Shown piece by piece: positions 1-20,469 of a stretch of 64,000 nucleotides of DNA. The notes under the pieces are model-generated. The model did no database searches and was not told where the DNA came from. It saw only the letters and a list, made by a program, of their open reading frames with translations. A program made the translations under genes and the position numbers. Within the stretch, counting starts at the first letter, position 1; every line of letters begins with the position of its first letter. Source of the DNA: Macrostomum lignano (Eukaryota); assembly GCA_002269645.1 (NCBI GenBank), contig NIVC01000645.1:231719-295718 (forward strand). The letters run 5' to 3'.

Positions 1-7407
<7,407 letters not shown>

Positions 7408-7811
7408 CTTACTATCTTTACAATGTAAGATGGTTCAAAACATTGAGACGCTGCAAAATACGATTGATAAATTTAATTTAAAAAACGTGGTTACTACACT
7501 GCCACTTTAAAGTTGTAATCAAGACAAAGAAAATCAGACGTGAATATAAATAAAAGTAAATTTAGGGCTATTTAAAGAAACACCTTCGCTTAAAAGATTC
7601 TGAACATCTAATAAAAGTTTGCACTTGTTTTAACCATCATTATTAATAATACGGGTCGGGCGAAAATTCAAATTCCTATGCATTTTTGCACACTTCGCCT
7701 ACTTCTACTTCTTTACCTGTCACCCTACGGCCTACACCTGTTACTGTAATAACTATTCACGCATTTTGTATTTTTATCTGTACCTAGAAACTTGCTGAAC
7801 GAAATTCGAAA
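7408..7811. promoter_or_regulatory. Probable bidirectional promoter between divergent CFAP210 and CCT3
   Basis: Only 404 bp separate the two ATGs (7407 on minus, 7812 on plus). The gap is AT-rich and non-repetitive. Confidence 0.75.
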
Positions 7812-10800
7812 ATGTCTGGAGGCACTCCCGTTATCGTCTTGAGTAAGCATTTCTACTTATGACATTATCCTATTGAAATTTTATATTATATACTACATTT
7901 TTTATTCTTTTCCAAAGCACAACTACTTTTAAGTTATTCACAAAAGTCTAAGATTATAAAGAAGAAATAGGATGGGCATTAAAGCAATTAGCTATAAATA
8001 GAATTTGTCATCAAATAGCTGAAGAGCTAATAATCAAATGTATTAACAAGTTAGTTGTTAATTTTTAACAATAAACTTATTTAGAATTTTAAGCCATGCC
8101 CATTAAAATATACAATAAAGTGCAGCATATTCATCAGAATAAAAACATCTGAATCTGTTGCTGTATGCTATGCACTGCTAAAACAAAGGTGCCACCAAAT
8201 TTGTCAACTCTATTGACAAATCCAGTTTACCCCACACTCCAGATCATGTAGGCCTAGTATACGCCCCAAAAATTTGGGCATGCATTGGCCTTGCATGCCA
8301 AAAGTAGGCGTGCACAGTTGGCATGCATCACTTCTATGAAAATACACCTGGCATGCACTTTATAGAATCACACAGAGGTGAGAGGAGTTATTGTAAAGTA
8401 GAAAAAAGGTAAAAAAGTTCATTCTTAAGTGTAAATTTCCCACTTTCTGGGTTTTTAAGCTTGTAATAAGGCATTTAAAGAAATCTTTGCATGTATCAAT
8501 TTTCCATTGTATATAGGCATAGTATTGCCAAAAAGGCAGAAAATTAACCAAATTATCTGTCAAAAATGGTCTATTATGCAATGAAAAGAGGTATAAATTT
8601 ATTCTTACAATATAAGAAAGTCATTTATTGTTGCAACATTGGCAAAGTTTTAAGAATGAAAATGCACTCAATTTTTTTTTGGTGTGCATTTGTACCTATC
8701 AATTTTTGTTTAGGTGTGCACCTAGCATGATCCAGACTATAGAGTTTACCTTACTATGCACTGTTGACAAATTCAGTTTACTTGACAATACATATGCTAT
8801 TTATTAGTATATTTATTTACTATACACTAAAAACTGAAAGACAAAGCCTATTGAGAAGATACATAAAATATAACAAAGGAAGAATGGTTTTCTTATTAAT
8901 TTTTTATAAGCTATTAATACCCACAGATTTTAAACCCTTTGATTTTAAATATTAAATCCCTGAAACTTTTTTTGCACACATTTTGAAATCTGAAGTCCAA
9001 AACCTTGTTAATGGTTAAGATAACTAAAACTTGGGATTAAATTTGAATTAAAATGACTTACTTCACTCAAGAGATGCAATAAAGCATACATGTGCAACTG
9101 CTAGCTGACCTGGCCGATCTGGCCACCATAAATTGTGGTGGACCAGGGGTAAGTCGCTAAAATGCCACCCCAAAGAATATGGACATAGTACTAATTAGAT
9201 GCCAAGGCATTTTGGCCTGATAGGACAGTCAGAGTTACTCCTGCCATTTACATAAAAATTTTAATTTTGCTTTAAGGTTTCCTTCACAGGTAAGTTGCAT
9301 TTTTGGTCAAAAAGTAAGTCGCATGGCCAGTGTAAATCAGGGAGGTTGCGCATATATGTAAAGTGTAATAAAGCATATGTAGCACATAAACCACTGATAG
9401 ATAGTCTCCCCCATTTTTTAAGTAGGAAAGCATCAATGATACTTGACAAATCTTGCTTAAGACATTTTTAGTTTCAATATATCTCAAAAATAAAAAAAAA
9501 CTTGTATGTATCATATGCCATTGCATTATTCCTACTGCTTGAGTAGACACTATAATTAATTTCTATTGGTACTTATAAATTCTCTTAATTAGTTTATTTT
9601 AACTTTTAAACAATAATTCTGGGCCTATAATCTTTCTTGTGTTTATTCTGGAAGAAAATTGATGAATTTTCATTATTTATGCCAGAGTTTTGATGGTGGC
9701 TACACACTTGGTGCAATAGACCAGCTTGATGGTGGCTACACATTTGGTGCAATGGACCAGGTTGATGCTGGCTATGAATTCAGAATAAAAACTAGCAATG
9801 GCATTGTATACATGCATAAATAAAAATGAATGAAATTTTTAAAAGTTACAATTGAAAATGATTTGTGGACAATGGCATCAGATAGTTAATTTACAAAAAA
9901 TCTGCCAATAAAGTCAATTTTTTAATTAAAAGTGCTTATTATTACTAAGAGTATTTTGATTCCTAGTGTTTTATACAGCATTAAAAAACTAACATCAGAG
10001 CTTAAGTTATGTTTGTTATCAAATGAATAAAAAATTCAAATTCCAACATGTATTGTGTTTGCTGCATATTCAACCCTGCACTGCAGTTCCAACCCCATCT
10101 GTCCAACCCCACCCCAATAACTAGATCAAAACACCAAACGCGAGCAAGGTCGCAAAGTTCAACTGACCAACATCCAGTCTGCCAAGACTGTGGCTGATGT
10201 CATTCGTACATGCCTGGGCCCCCAGGCTATGCTCAAAATGCTCATGGACCCCATGGGCGGCATTGTCATGACCAACGATGGCAATGCCATCCTGCGCGAG
10301 ATCACCGTGCAGCACCCGGCCGCCAAGAGCATGATCGAGATCGCCCGCACCCAGGACGAGGAAGTGGGCGACGGCACCACCTCCGTGATCATCCTGGCTG
10401 GGGAGATCCTGGCCGTGTCCACCGCTTTTCTGGAGCAGAGCATCCATCCTACCATTATCATCACCGCCTACAGGCAGGCGCTGGAGGATATGCTCGAGAT
10501 GGTGAGCAGTACTAACTCAAATACTGGCTGGTTTAATGTCACCCCCTGAATCTCAATAATCTCATCCCTGAATCTCAATAATCTCATCCCTGAATCTCAA
10601 ATATCTCACCCCTGAATCTCAACTATCTCACACCTGAATCTCAACTATCTCACCCCTGAATCTCAACAATTACATCCCCGAATCTCAACTATCCCACTCC
10701 TGAATCTCATAAATCTCATTTTAACTATCTCATCCTTGAATCTCAATTATCTCACCCTGAATCTCACAAATCTCATCCCTGAATCTCAACAATCTCACCC

Positions 10801-12213
10801 CTGATTCTTAACTATCTTATCCCTGAATCTCAGCAATCTCACATCAGAATCTGAATTATCTCATCCCTGAATCTCAAAAGTCCCTCCCACCCCTTAATCT
10901 CAACTATCTCATTCCTGAATCTCAGAAATCTCACCCCAGAATCTGAATTATCTCATCCCTGAATCTCAACAGTCCTTCCCACCCCAGAATCTTAACTATC
11001 TCATCCCTGAATCTCAACTTTCTCCTGCCTGAATCTCAGCAATCTCACCCCTGAATCTCAACTATCTCATCCGTGGATCTGAATTATCTCATTCCTGAAT
11101 CTGAGCAATCTCATTCCTGAATCTCATCCCTTAATCTCAACAATCTCGCCCCGAACCCGCAGGCCTCCAGTCGCTACTCCGTAGACGTGGACACCAACGA
11201 CACGGACAAGATGCACGAGCTGATCCGCACCTGCCTCGGCACCCGAGTGCACACCCAGTGGAACCAGGTGGCCTGCCGCATCGCCCTGGACGCGGTGCGC
11301 ACGGTGCACAAGGAGAGGGGGTCGGACGGCCAGGCCCAGGAAATCGACATCAAGCGCTACGCTCGCATTGAGAAAATTCCTGGCGGCAGCATCGAGGACT
11401 CCTGCGTGCTGGACGGCATCATGATCAACAAGGACGTGGTGCACCCGCAGATGCGCCGGCGCATTGCCAATCCGCGCATTGTGCTGCTGGACTGCGACCT
11501 CGAGTACAAGAAAGGCGAGAGCCAGACCAATGTGGAAATCCGCCAGGAGGAGGACTTCACGCGCCTGCTGCAGCTGGAGGAAGAGTACATCAAGACCGTC
11601 TGCCAGGCTGTGCTGGCCGTCAAGCCCGACCTGGTCATCACCGAGAAGGGCGTCAGCGACCTCGCCCAGCACTACCTGGTCAAGGCCGGCGTGTCCGTGC
11701 TGCGCCGCCTGCGCCGCACCGACCAGTGGCGAGTGGCCCGCGCCATCGGGGCCACCATTGTTAACCGGCCTGACGAGCTCAAGGAGGAGGACATTGGCAC
11801 TGGCTGTGGCCTGTTTGAGGTCTGTGAGCTGTCTGTGTGCCTGTCTGTGTGCCTGTCTGTGTGTCTGTCTGTGTGTCTGTCTGTGTGCCTGTCTGTGTGC
11901 CTGTCTGTGTGTCTGTCTGTGTGCCTGTCTGTGAGCTGTCTGTGTGCCTGTCTGTGTGCCTGTCTGTGTGCCTGTCTGTGTGCCTGTCTGTGTGCCTGTC
12001 TGTGTGTCTGTCTGTGTGCCTGTCTGTGAGCTGTCTGTGTGCCTGTCTGTGTGCCTGTCTGTGTGCCTGTCTGTGTGCCTGTCTGTGTGCCTGTCTGTGT
12101 GCCTGTCTGTGTGCCTGTCTGTGCCTGTCTGTGTGCCTGTCTGTGTGTCTGTCTGTCTGTCTGTCCGTGTGCCTGTCTGTCTGTCTGTCTGTCTGTCTGT
12201 CTGCCTGTCTGTA

Positions 12214-12258
<45 letters not shown>

Positions 12259-12293
12259 GCCTGTCTGTATGTCTGTCTTAGTGTCTGTCTTAG

Positions 12294-12368
<75 letters not shown>

Positions 12369-12369
12369 G

Positions 12370-12402
<33 letters not shown>

Positions 12403-13817
12403 GCCCCCAGCTAACCCAGTCCCGCTCCCCACCCGCAGGTGCGCAAGATCGGTGATGAGTACTACTCGTACCTGGTGCAGTGCCGCAACCCGAAGGCCTG
12501 CACCATCGTGCTGCGCGGCCCCAGCAAGGACATCCTGAACGAGATGGACCGCAGCCTCAATGACGCCCTTAACGTTGCCCGCAACATCGTCTTGAAGCCG
12601 AAGCTCTGCCCGGGCGGCGGCGCCTTCGAGATGGCCATCGCCCACGCGGTGTCGGAGAAAGGCAAAGCGCTCACCACGGTGCACCAGGGCCCCTACCGCG
12701 CCCTGGCCGCGGCCCTGGAGGTGATCCCGCGCACCCTCATCCAGAACTGCGGCGCCAACGTCATCAGGACTTTGACGGCGCTGAGGGCGAAGCACGCGGG
12801 CACGGAGCCGGAGGACTGGATGTGGGGCGTGGACGGCGAGACGGGCAAACTGCGCCACATGAAGGCTGACGGCATCTGGGAGCCGCTCAGCGTTAAAAAT
12901 CAGGTGCTCAAGACCGCCACTGAGGTGAGGAGCTGCGGGATTTTACATTATTTTTTTGTGCTGAAATGTGCACCGGGTCAATATTCTCCAGCCTTTAAGA
13001 CCGGCTACAATCCTCACCTGTTCACCTGAGAATCCTCACCTGTTCACCTGAGAATCCTCACCTGTTCACCTGAGAATCCTCACCTGTTCACCTGAGAATC
13101 CTCACCTGTTCACCTTAGAGTCCCAACCTGTTCACCTGAAAATCCTCACCTGTTCACCTTAGAATCCTCACCTGTTCACTTGAAAATCCTCATCTGTTCA
13201 CCTGAGAATCCTCACCTGTTCACCTGAGAATCCTCACCTGTTCATCTGAGAATCCCACCTGTTCACCTTAGAATCCTCACCTGTTCACCTTAGAATCCTC
13301 ACCTGTTCACCTGAGAATCCCCACCTGTTCACTTGAGAATCCTCACCTGTTCACTTGAGAATCCTCACCTGTTCACTTGAGAATCCTCACCTGTTCACCT
13401 TAGAAATCCCCACCTGTTAACTTTAGAATCCCCACCTGTTCACCTTAGAATCCCCAGCTGTTCAGCTTAGAATCCCCACCTGTTCACCTTAAAATCCTCA
13501 CCTGTTCAGCTTAGAATCCCCACCTGTTCACCTTAAAATCCCAGCCCGTTCACCTTAAAATCCTCACCTGTTCAACTTAGAATCCCACCTGTTCACCTTA
13601 TAAATCCCCACCTGTTCACCTTAGAATCCTCACCTGTTCACCTTATAAGCCTCACCTGTTCTCAAAACCGCCATGTCCCTCGCAGACGGCCATCCTTCTG
13701 CTCCGCATTGACGACATCGTGTCGGGCACGAAGAAGGGCGGCGTTGAGGGCGCCGCCGCCGCGGCCAAAGCTGCCGCTAACGAAGCTGCGCAGCCAGCTG
13801 CCGGAGGCGACGAGTGA
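7812..13817 (+). CDS. CCT3: T-complex protein 1 subunit gamma (chaperonin CCT/TRiC), 560 aa
   Basis: Exons 7812-7842, 10125-10501, 11163-11819, 12439-12924 and 13686-13817 total 1683 nt in frame. Motifs: MSGGTPVIVLNQNTKREQGRKVQ, RTCLGPQAMLKML, TNDGNAILREI, EVGDGTTSV, EYKKGESQT, KIGDEYY, TAILLLRIDDIVSG. Confidence 0.98.
10545..11150. repeat. ~23-bp degenerate minisatellite (ctgaatctcaactatctcatccc), CCT3 intron 2
   Basis: Tandem array filling the intron. Confidence 0.93.
11820..12402. repeat. 12-bp (tgtgtgcctgtc) grading into (TGTC)n, CCT3 intron 3
   Basis: The array begins at the donor GT. Confidence 0.95.
13009..13660. repeat. 22-bp minisatellite (aatcctcacctgttcacctgag), CCT3 intron 4
   Basis: Tandem array. 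Confidence 0.95.
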
Positions 13818-13855
13818 AGACTGAACTACTGCTGACAAGCAATGCACCGTTTATT

Positions 13856-13869
13856 GTTGCCATGGAAAC
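13856..13869. promoter_or_regulatory. RFX X-box (GTTGCCATGGAAAC)
   Basis: 13/14 match to the palindromic consensus GTTGCCATGGCAAC, about 40 bp after the CCT3 stop codon. Function not shown. Confidence 0.55.
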
Positions 13870-15074
13870 CGTTATGATAAAAAGCAGAACTCACTCACCG
13901 AAATCGGCCTCCCCTCGGTCCGCCGCCCACACAAAATTCTAGCAAAATGCATAGTAGTATATGTAGTAGTATGCTTTGGTAGGTTTGCTACAATACCGTT
14001 GGTTTTTTCTACACACAGCAAGCTGCTGTATGGATATACGCTCGTATACTACTTATGAAATAATAATTTTCAATTTATTCTTTTTTATTGCTTTTTTGTG
14101 TCTTTGTTTTCTATCCATTATTGTTATAATCCAGCTTGTTTTTCTACTGTGCGCTGCTTCCTGTTTGTTTGTTTGCTGTGTGTCAGCTGGAGAGAGAGAG
14201 AATCAAACTAAAAAACACAGCAGACTGGGAAAACACTCAAAATTAATTAGCAAAACTTAATAGTTTTATAATAGCATATTTAATCAGACACTAATGTGCG
14301 CATTTTGCTACTGCTTGAATAGCTGATTTAAAGTAGTATCATTGGGTAATATAAGCAGCAGATTTGCTTTTTCGCTATGAAAGTTATCAGTTGTACTTTT
14401 ATTTGCAATTTGGCTTAAAACATTCAGCACTTCAGCCGACAGTTTAATATCCGGTTGCCCGCCGTGCCATCTTCGTTTTACTGGTTTATTAATATTTCCT
14501 ATTTTAATAAAATTAATCAACAAGTGCTGCATCCATTCAAAGCCCTAGCATTTGCCTCTGCTTTTGCTAGGACTTGCTGTTCAACTTTGGTTTTAGAATT
14601 GCTATATACTCTTCTCGGACAACTGCATCCTGTATTTATAGGCAAGTTTGTTATTAATTATTCAGCAATAATTCCTCCCCCCCAGCAATGTCACTGCAGT
14701 TTGAAAGCAGCTCTCTGATGATTTCAATTCTTTCTTTTTCTGCGAAGGATTTAAGCTTAAACTGTAAGCCGCCAGTGCTTCTCCTCTCTCTGGTTTGCCT
14801 TGTCCAAGTGATTGAGGGTGACGTAATAATATATTGAAGACGGCAAGTCTTGAAATAAACAGTTTAATTATTGGAGAAAATAAATTTGAAAAAAATGCAA
14901 TTGAATTGTATCTGTTTCCAGTGTTTTTTACCTTAATATTAGGAAATTTACGGAGGAAAATATTAAGTTAGGGTCAGGGATATCTCCATTATTTGCATAG
15001 AACTGTTAGCTTGCATATACCATTCGCTATACATGTAGATCTTGTATGCATAGATAACTTAGATAACTGAGTGC

Positions 15075-15615
15075 GTGTACATTAAGGTTGGGATAAATTG
15101 GCGTGTGTACATTGGGGCAAAGATGGCTGGGTGTGTGTACATTGGGGCAGAGATGGCTGGACGTGTTTACATTGGGGCAGAGATGGCTGGGTGTGTGCAT
15201 TGGGGCAGAAATGGCTGGGCGTGTGTACATTGGGGCAAAGATGGCTGGGTGTGTGTAAATTGGGGCAGAAATGGCTGGGTGTGTGTACATTGAGGCAGAG
15301 ATGCTCGGTGTGTGTACATTGAGGCAGAGATGCTCGGTGTGTGTACATTGAGGCAGAGATGGCTGGGTGTGTGTACATTGAGGCAGAGATGCTCGGTTGT
15401 GTACATTGAGGCAGAGATGCTCGGTTGTGTACATTGGGGCAGAGATGGCTGGGTGTGTGTACATTGGTGCAGAGATGCTCGGTGTGTGTACATTGGGGCA
15501 GAGATGGCTGGGTGTGTGTACATTGGGGCAGAGATGGCTGGGCGTGTTTACATTGGGGCAGAGATGGCTGGGTGTGTGTACATTGGGGCAGAAATGGGTG
15601 GGCGTGTGTACATTG
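15075..15615. repeat. ~30-bp minisatellite (gtgtacattggggcagagatggctgggtgt)
   Basis: Tandem array. Confidence 0.93.
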
Positions 15616-15974
15616 TATGAGTACATAGGCATCTTCTTGCATGTGCCTAAAGTGACTAAAAGTGCACCGCGCGGAGAAGAATTCATTCTCTTTACAGAAG
15701 AATCCTCAGTGTATCATCAACTTGAAATGCCCTGAGGCTGTCAATGAAACCTGCCAATCAGACTGCAGACAGTTTTTAGTTTGATCCTCAACGATTGAAT
15801 ATTCAAACATCTCTCTATCTCTACAGCTCCCTGGCAATTGCATTTTTCTACTGTGAAGTACTTTAGATGCCTCATCTCCGGCTTCACGATTGCTTTTGGT
15901 AGCAATTTAGCTGTTGCAGTCTAAAATTATCATGCGTTTGTCTGCTGATCTCATTTCATCTCATTATGCTCGAG

Positions 15975-18300
15975 AATCTCACCCAGTTAGCTTTCATTAT
16001 CTCACCCAGTTAGCTATCATTATCTCACCCAGTTAGCCATCATTATCTCACCCAGTTAGCTATCATTATCTCACCCAGTTAGCCATCATTATCTCACCCA
16101 GTTAGCTATCATTATCTCACCCAGTTAGCCATCATTATCTCACCCAGTTAGCTATCATTATCTCACCCAGTTAGCTATCATTATCACACCCAGTTAGCTA
16201 TCATTATCTCACCCAGTTAGCTATCATTATCTCACCCAGTTAGCTATCATTATCTCACCCAGTTAACTATCATTATCTCACCCAGTTAGCCATCATTATC
16301 TCACCCAGTTAGCCATCATTATCTCACCCAGTTAGCCATCATTATCTCACCCAGTTAGCCATCATTATCTCACCCAGTTAGCCATCATTATCTCACCCAG
16401 TTAGCCATCATTATCTCACCCAGTTAGCTATCATTATCTCACCCAGTTAGCTATCATTATCTCACCCAGTTAGCTATCATTATCTCACCCAGTTAGCTAT
16501 CATTATCTCACCCAGTTAGCCATCATTATCTCACCCAGTTAGCTATTATTATCTCACCCAGTTAGCTATCATTATCTCACCCAGTTAGCTATCATTATCT
16601 CACCCAGTTAGCCATCATTATCTCACCTAGTTAGCTATCATTATCTCACCCAGTTAGCCATCATTATCTCACCCAGTTAGCTATCATTATCACACCCAGT
16701 TAGCTATCATTATCATACCCAGTTAGCTATCATTATCACACCCAGTTAGCTATCATTATCTCACCCAGTTAGCTATCATTATCACACCCAGTTAGCTATC
16801 ATTATCACACCCAGTTAGCTATCATTATCTCACCCAGTTAGCTATCATTATCTCACCCAGTTAGCTATCATTATCTCACCCAGTTAGCTATCATTATCTC
16901 ACCCAGTTAGCTATCATTATCTCACCCAGTTAGCCATCATTATCTCACCCAGTTAGCCATCATTATCTCACCCAGTTAGCCATCATTATCTCACCCAGTT
17001 AGCCATCATTATCTCACCCAGTTAGCATCATTATCTCACCCAGTTAGCTATCATTATCTCACCCAGTTAGCTATCATTATCTCACCCAGTTAGCTATCAT
17101 TATCTCACCCAGTTAGCCATCATTATCTCACCCAGTTAGCCATCATTATCTCACCCAGTTAGCCATCATTATCTCACCCAGTTAGCCATCATTATCTCAC
17201 CCAGTTAGCCATCATTATCTCACCCAGTTAGCCATCATTATCTCACCCAGTTAGCCATCATTATCTCACCCAGTTAGCTATCATTATCTCACCCAGTTAG
17301 CATCATTATCTCACCCAGTTAGCTATCATTATCTCACCCAGTTAGCTATCATTATCTCACCCAGTTAGCTATCATTATCTCACCCAGTTAGCTATCATTA
17401 TCTCACCCAGTTAGCCATCATTATCTCACCCAGTTAGCTATCATTACCTCACCCAGTTAGCCTTCATTATCTCACCCAGTTAGCTATCATTATCTCACCC
17501 AGTTAGCTATCATTATCTCCCCCAGTTAGCCATCATTATCTCACCCAGTTAGCTATCATTATCTCACCTAGTTAGCTATCATTATCTCACCCAGTTAGCC
17601 ATCATTATCTCACCCAGTTAGCCATCATTATCTCACCTAGTTAGCTATCATTATCTCACCCAGTTAGCATCATTATCTCACCCAGTTAGCCATCATTATC
17701 TCACCCAGTTAGCCATCATTATCTCACCCAGTTAGCCATCATTATCTCACCCAGTTAGCCATCATTATCTCACCCAGTTAGCTATCATTATCTCACCCAG
17801 TTAGCTATCATTATCTCACCCAGTTAGCTATCATTATCTCACCCAGTTAGCCATCATTATCTCACCCAGTTAGCTATCATTATCTCACCCAGTTAGCTAT
17901 CATTATCTCACCCAGTTAGCTATCATTATCACACCCAGTTAGCTATCATTATCTCACCCAGTTAGCTATCATTATCTCACCCAGTTAGCTATCATTATCT
18001 CACCCAGTTAGCTATCATTATCTCACCCAGTTAGCTATCATTATCTCACCCAGTTAGCTATCATTATCTCACCCAGTTAGCTATCATTATCTCACCCAGT
18101 TAGCTATCATTATCTCACCCAGTTAGCTATCATTATCTCACCCAGTTAGCTATCATTATCTCACCCAGTTAGCCATCATTATCTCACCCAGTTAGCCATC
18201 ATTATCTCACCCAGTTAGCTATCATTATCTCACCCAGTTAGCCATCATTATCTCACCCAGTTAGCCATCATTATCTCACCCAGTTAGCCATCATTATCTA
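15975..18300. repeat. 23-bp minisatellite (tatcattatctcacccagttagc), about 100 copies
   Basis: Highly homogeneous array with two main variants. Confidence 0.98.
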
Positions 18301-19195
18301 ACTCAGCTGCGCCTTTAACGTCACTCAACTGCACTTTAATCTCAGTAATGATTCATGTTTCATGCGCAAAATCTTCATCTATTTGCAAAGATCTCTGCTT
18401 CTAGTTTTCTGCCCCCCAGCAGCAGCAGCTGTGCGGGTAGCAACCCAAATGACGTCAATAAACTGTATGCGCAATATTGCCTAAGCCAGCAATTTGTGGG
18501 ACTTCGGTTCTTCAGACAGGCCTGCAATACGAGCTATTGTCTCTGCTTTTTATAACTGCAGTCCAGAATTCTCTGGTTTGTATTTTTAAAAATTTAAACA
18601 TCTGTGCTCAGCTCATTCTCCTGAGCACAGTAAGAGAAGAAGAATGCAGGGGCCGGTATCTGAGCGGTCAGCCAAGCGCGCAAAAAGGAATTGAAAGAAG
18701 AAAAAAACGGACGGAGGGAGTGACAGACAGACAGAGTTGAGAATGAGGCTGATATAGGGCGGTTTGAAGTGGCATTGGGCAAGGAGTGCTCAGTCCAGAA
18801 GCAGGCTGAGATCTCAGTGAAACAGGGCTGTCGCTGTCCTGTCGACTTTTCCCCTCCGGAGCTGCCGTAGTCAGGCGTAGGCGGCAGTTCATCCGCAAGG
18901 AGGCAAGCAGTGGCTTTTCATTCCGCTGAGCACCCGCGCGCTCACACAGGCTGTACAGCAGGCCGAAGTTCTCAACGTCTCAGCTCGGTGAGAACCGCAC
19001 GACAGGCCCCCGTCCAGTCTGGCACACCGCTCCAGACCCCTGCTCTAGCAGTCCTTGGCTCCCAGAGCCCAATTGTGCATGGCAGAGAAAAACAATTCTG
19101 CTTTAAAGAAACAGACGCGCTTGCTTTTTTCCTAGAGAAGCAAACAGCTCGGCAGAAAGGAAATCAAAGAAATCCGCAGTTGCTGTACCATTCGA

Positions 19196-20469
19196 ATGTC
19201 GGTCCCGCAGCAGCAGGCCGAAGGTCCAAGCCGCCGCGGCGGCCGCCGCCTGACAGCCAGCAGCAGCAGCGGCGGCGGCCTGAAGACCGGCTGGCTCCGC
19301 CATCGACTTCGCCGACTGTCGCTGCCGTCACTCCTTGCCGGAGGCTTCAGCAGCGGCGGCGGCGGCGGTGGCGGCAGGAGGCGGCGGCGACGGCCTCGAA
19401 GTCCTGAGCAGCCGCTGACGCAGAAGCCGCAACAGACGCTGCAGCCGCCGATCTCTTCGACACCGAAGACACCTGAAATCCGAGTCGTGCCGCCTTGGCG
19501 ACCGCTGAGCAATGCGGAGCGGCACCGCATCAACCTGCTGTACCACCTGCTCCGCGACCACACCGATGCACTGCGGCTCTGTTCGCTGAGCACCGCGGTT
19601 GAAGGCGAGGAGGACACCGTGGATGCCGAGCTGCTCAGCTCCTGGTTGGGGGTTGCGGCGGATGAGCTGCTGGACGAGTTCGGCGATGATGACGAAGTCT
19701 GGACGTCGGGCGGCAGCGAGTGCGACTGCGAGTGCGACTGCGAGGAGGAGGACGAGGACTGCTTTAGGCTGAAGAGTGAGCTCGGTTTGCTGTATGGATA
19801 AACTCACTCCCGATAAACTCACTCCCGATAAACTCACTCCCGATAAACTCACTCCCGATAAACTCACTCCCGATAAACTCACTCCCGATAAACTCACTCC
19901 CGATAAACTCACTCCCGATAAACTCACTCCCGATAAACTCACTCCCGATAAACTCACTCCCGATAAACTCACTCCCGATAAACTCACTCCCGATAAACTC
20001 ACTCCCGATAAACTCACTCCCGACAAACTCTCCCGATAAACTCACTCCCGATAAACTCACTCCCGATAAACTCACTCCCGATAAACTCACTCCCGATAAA
20101 CTCACTCCCGATAAACTCACTCCCGATAAACTCACTCCCGATAAACTCACTCCCGATAAACTCACTCCCGATAAACTCACTCCCGATAAACTCACTCCCG
20201 ATAAACTCACTCCCGATAAACTCACTCCCGATAAACTCACTCCCGATAAACTCACTCCCGATAAACTCACTCCCGATAAACTCACTCCCGATAAACTCAC
20301 TCCCGATACTGCAGAGTGCAAATGCGACTCGGACTCCTGCCACAGCGGGCACTCGGGCTGCTCCAAGCGGTTCAAGCACCAGCGTCGCACGGAGCGCTGG
20401 AACCAGGAGTACGACAGGGAATATCGGAAGACTGTGGGACTGTGGGACCGCAACTGGCACATCAAATGA
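19196..20469 (+). CDS. Uncharacterised 244-aa protein with acidic/Cys-rich C-terminal half
   Basis: Exon 19196-19775 (A|GTGAGC) joins exon 20315-20469 (ctgcag|AG) in phase 1, giving ...EDCFRLKKCKCDSDSCHSGHSGCSKRFKHQRRTERWNQEYDREYRKTVGLWDRNWHIK*. GC-rich codon usage. No family recognised. Confidence 0.7.
19797..20308. repeat. 15-bp minisatellite (gataaactcactccc), near-perfect, filling the orphan-gene intron
   Basis: About 34 copies. Confidence 0.98.

Noticed and set aside
7843-10124. Intronic snoRNA in CCT3 (chaperonin genes often host them)
   Set aside because: Only an isolated TGATGA-like word, with no properly spaced D box or terminal stem; would need snoscan or Infernal.
14308-14718. 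Short ORFs downstream of CCT3
   Set aside because: AT-rich, under 90 aa, no homology and no consistent splice sites.
15027-15735. Multiple overlapping ORFs on both strands
   Set aside because: All derive from the 30-bp array; no splice-consistent non-repetitive coding found.
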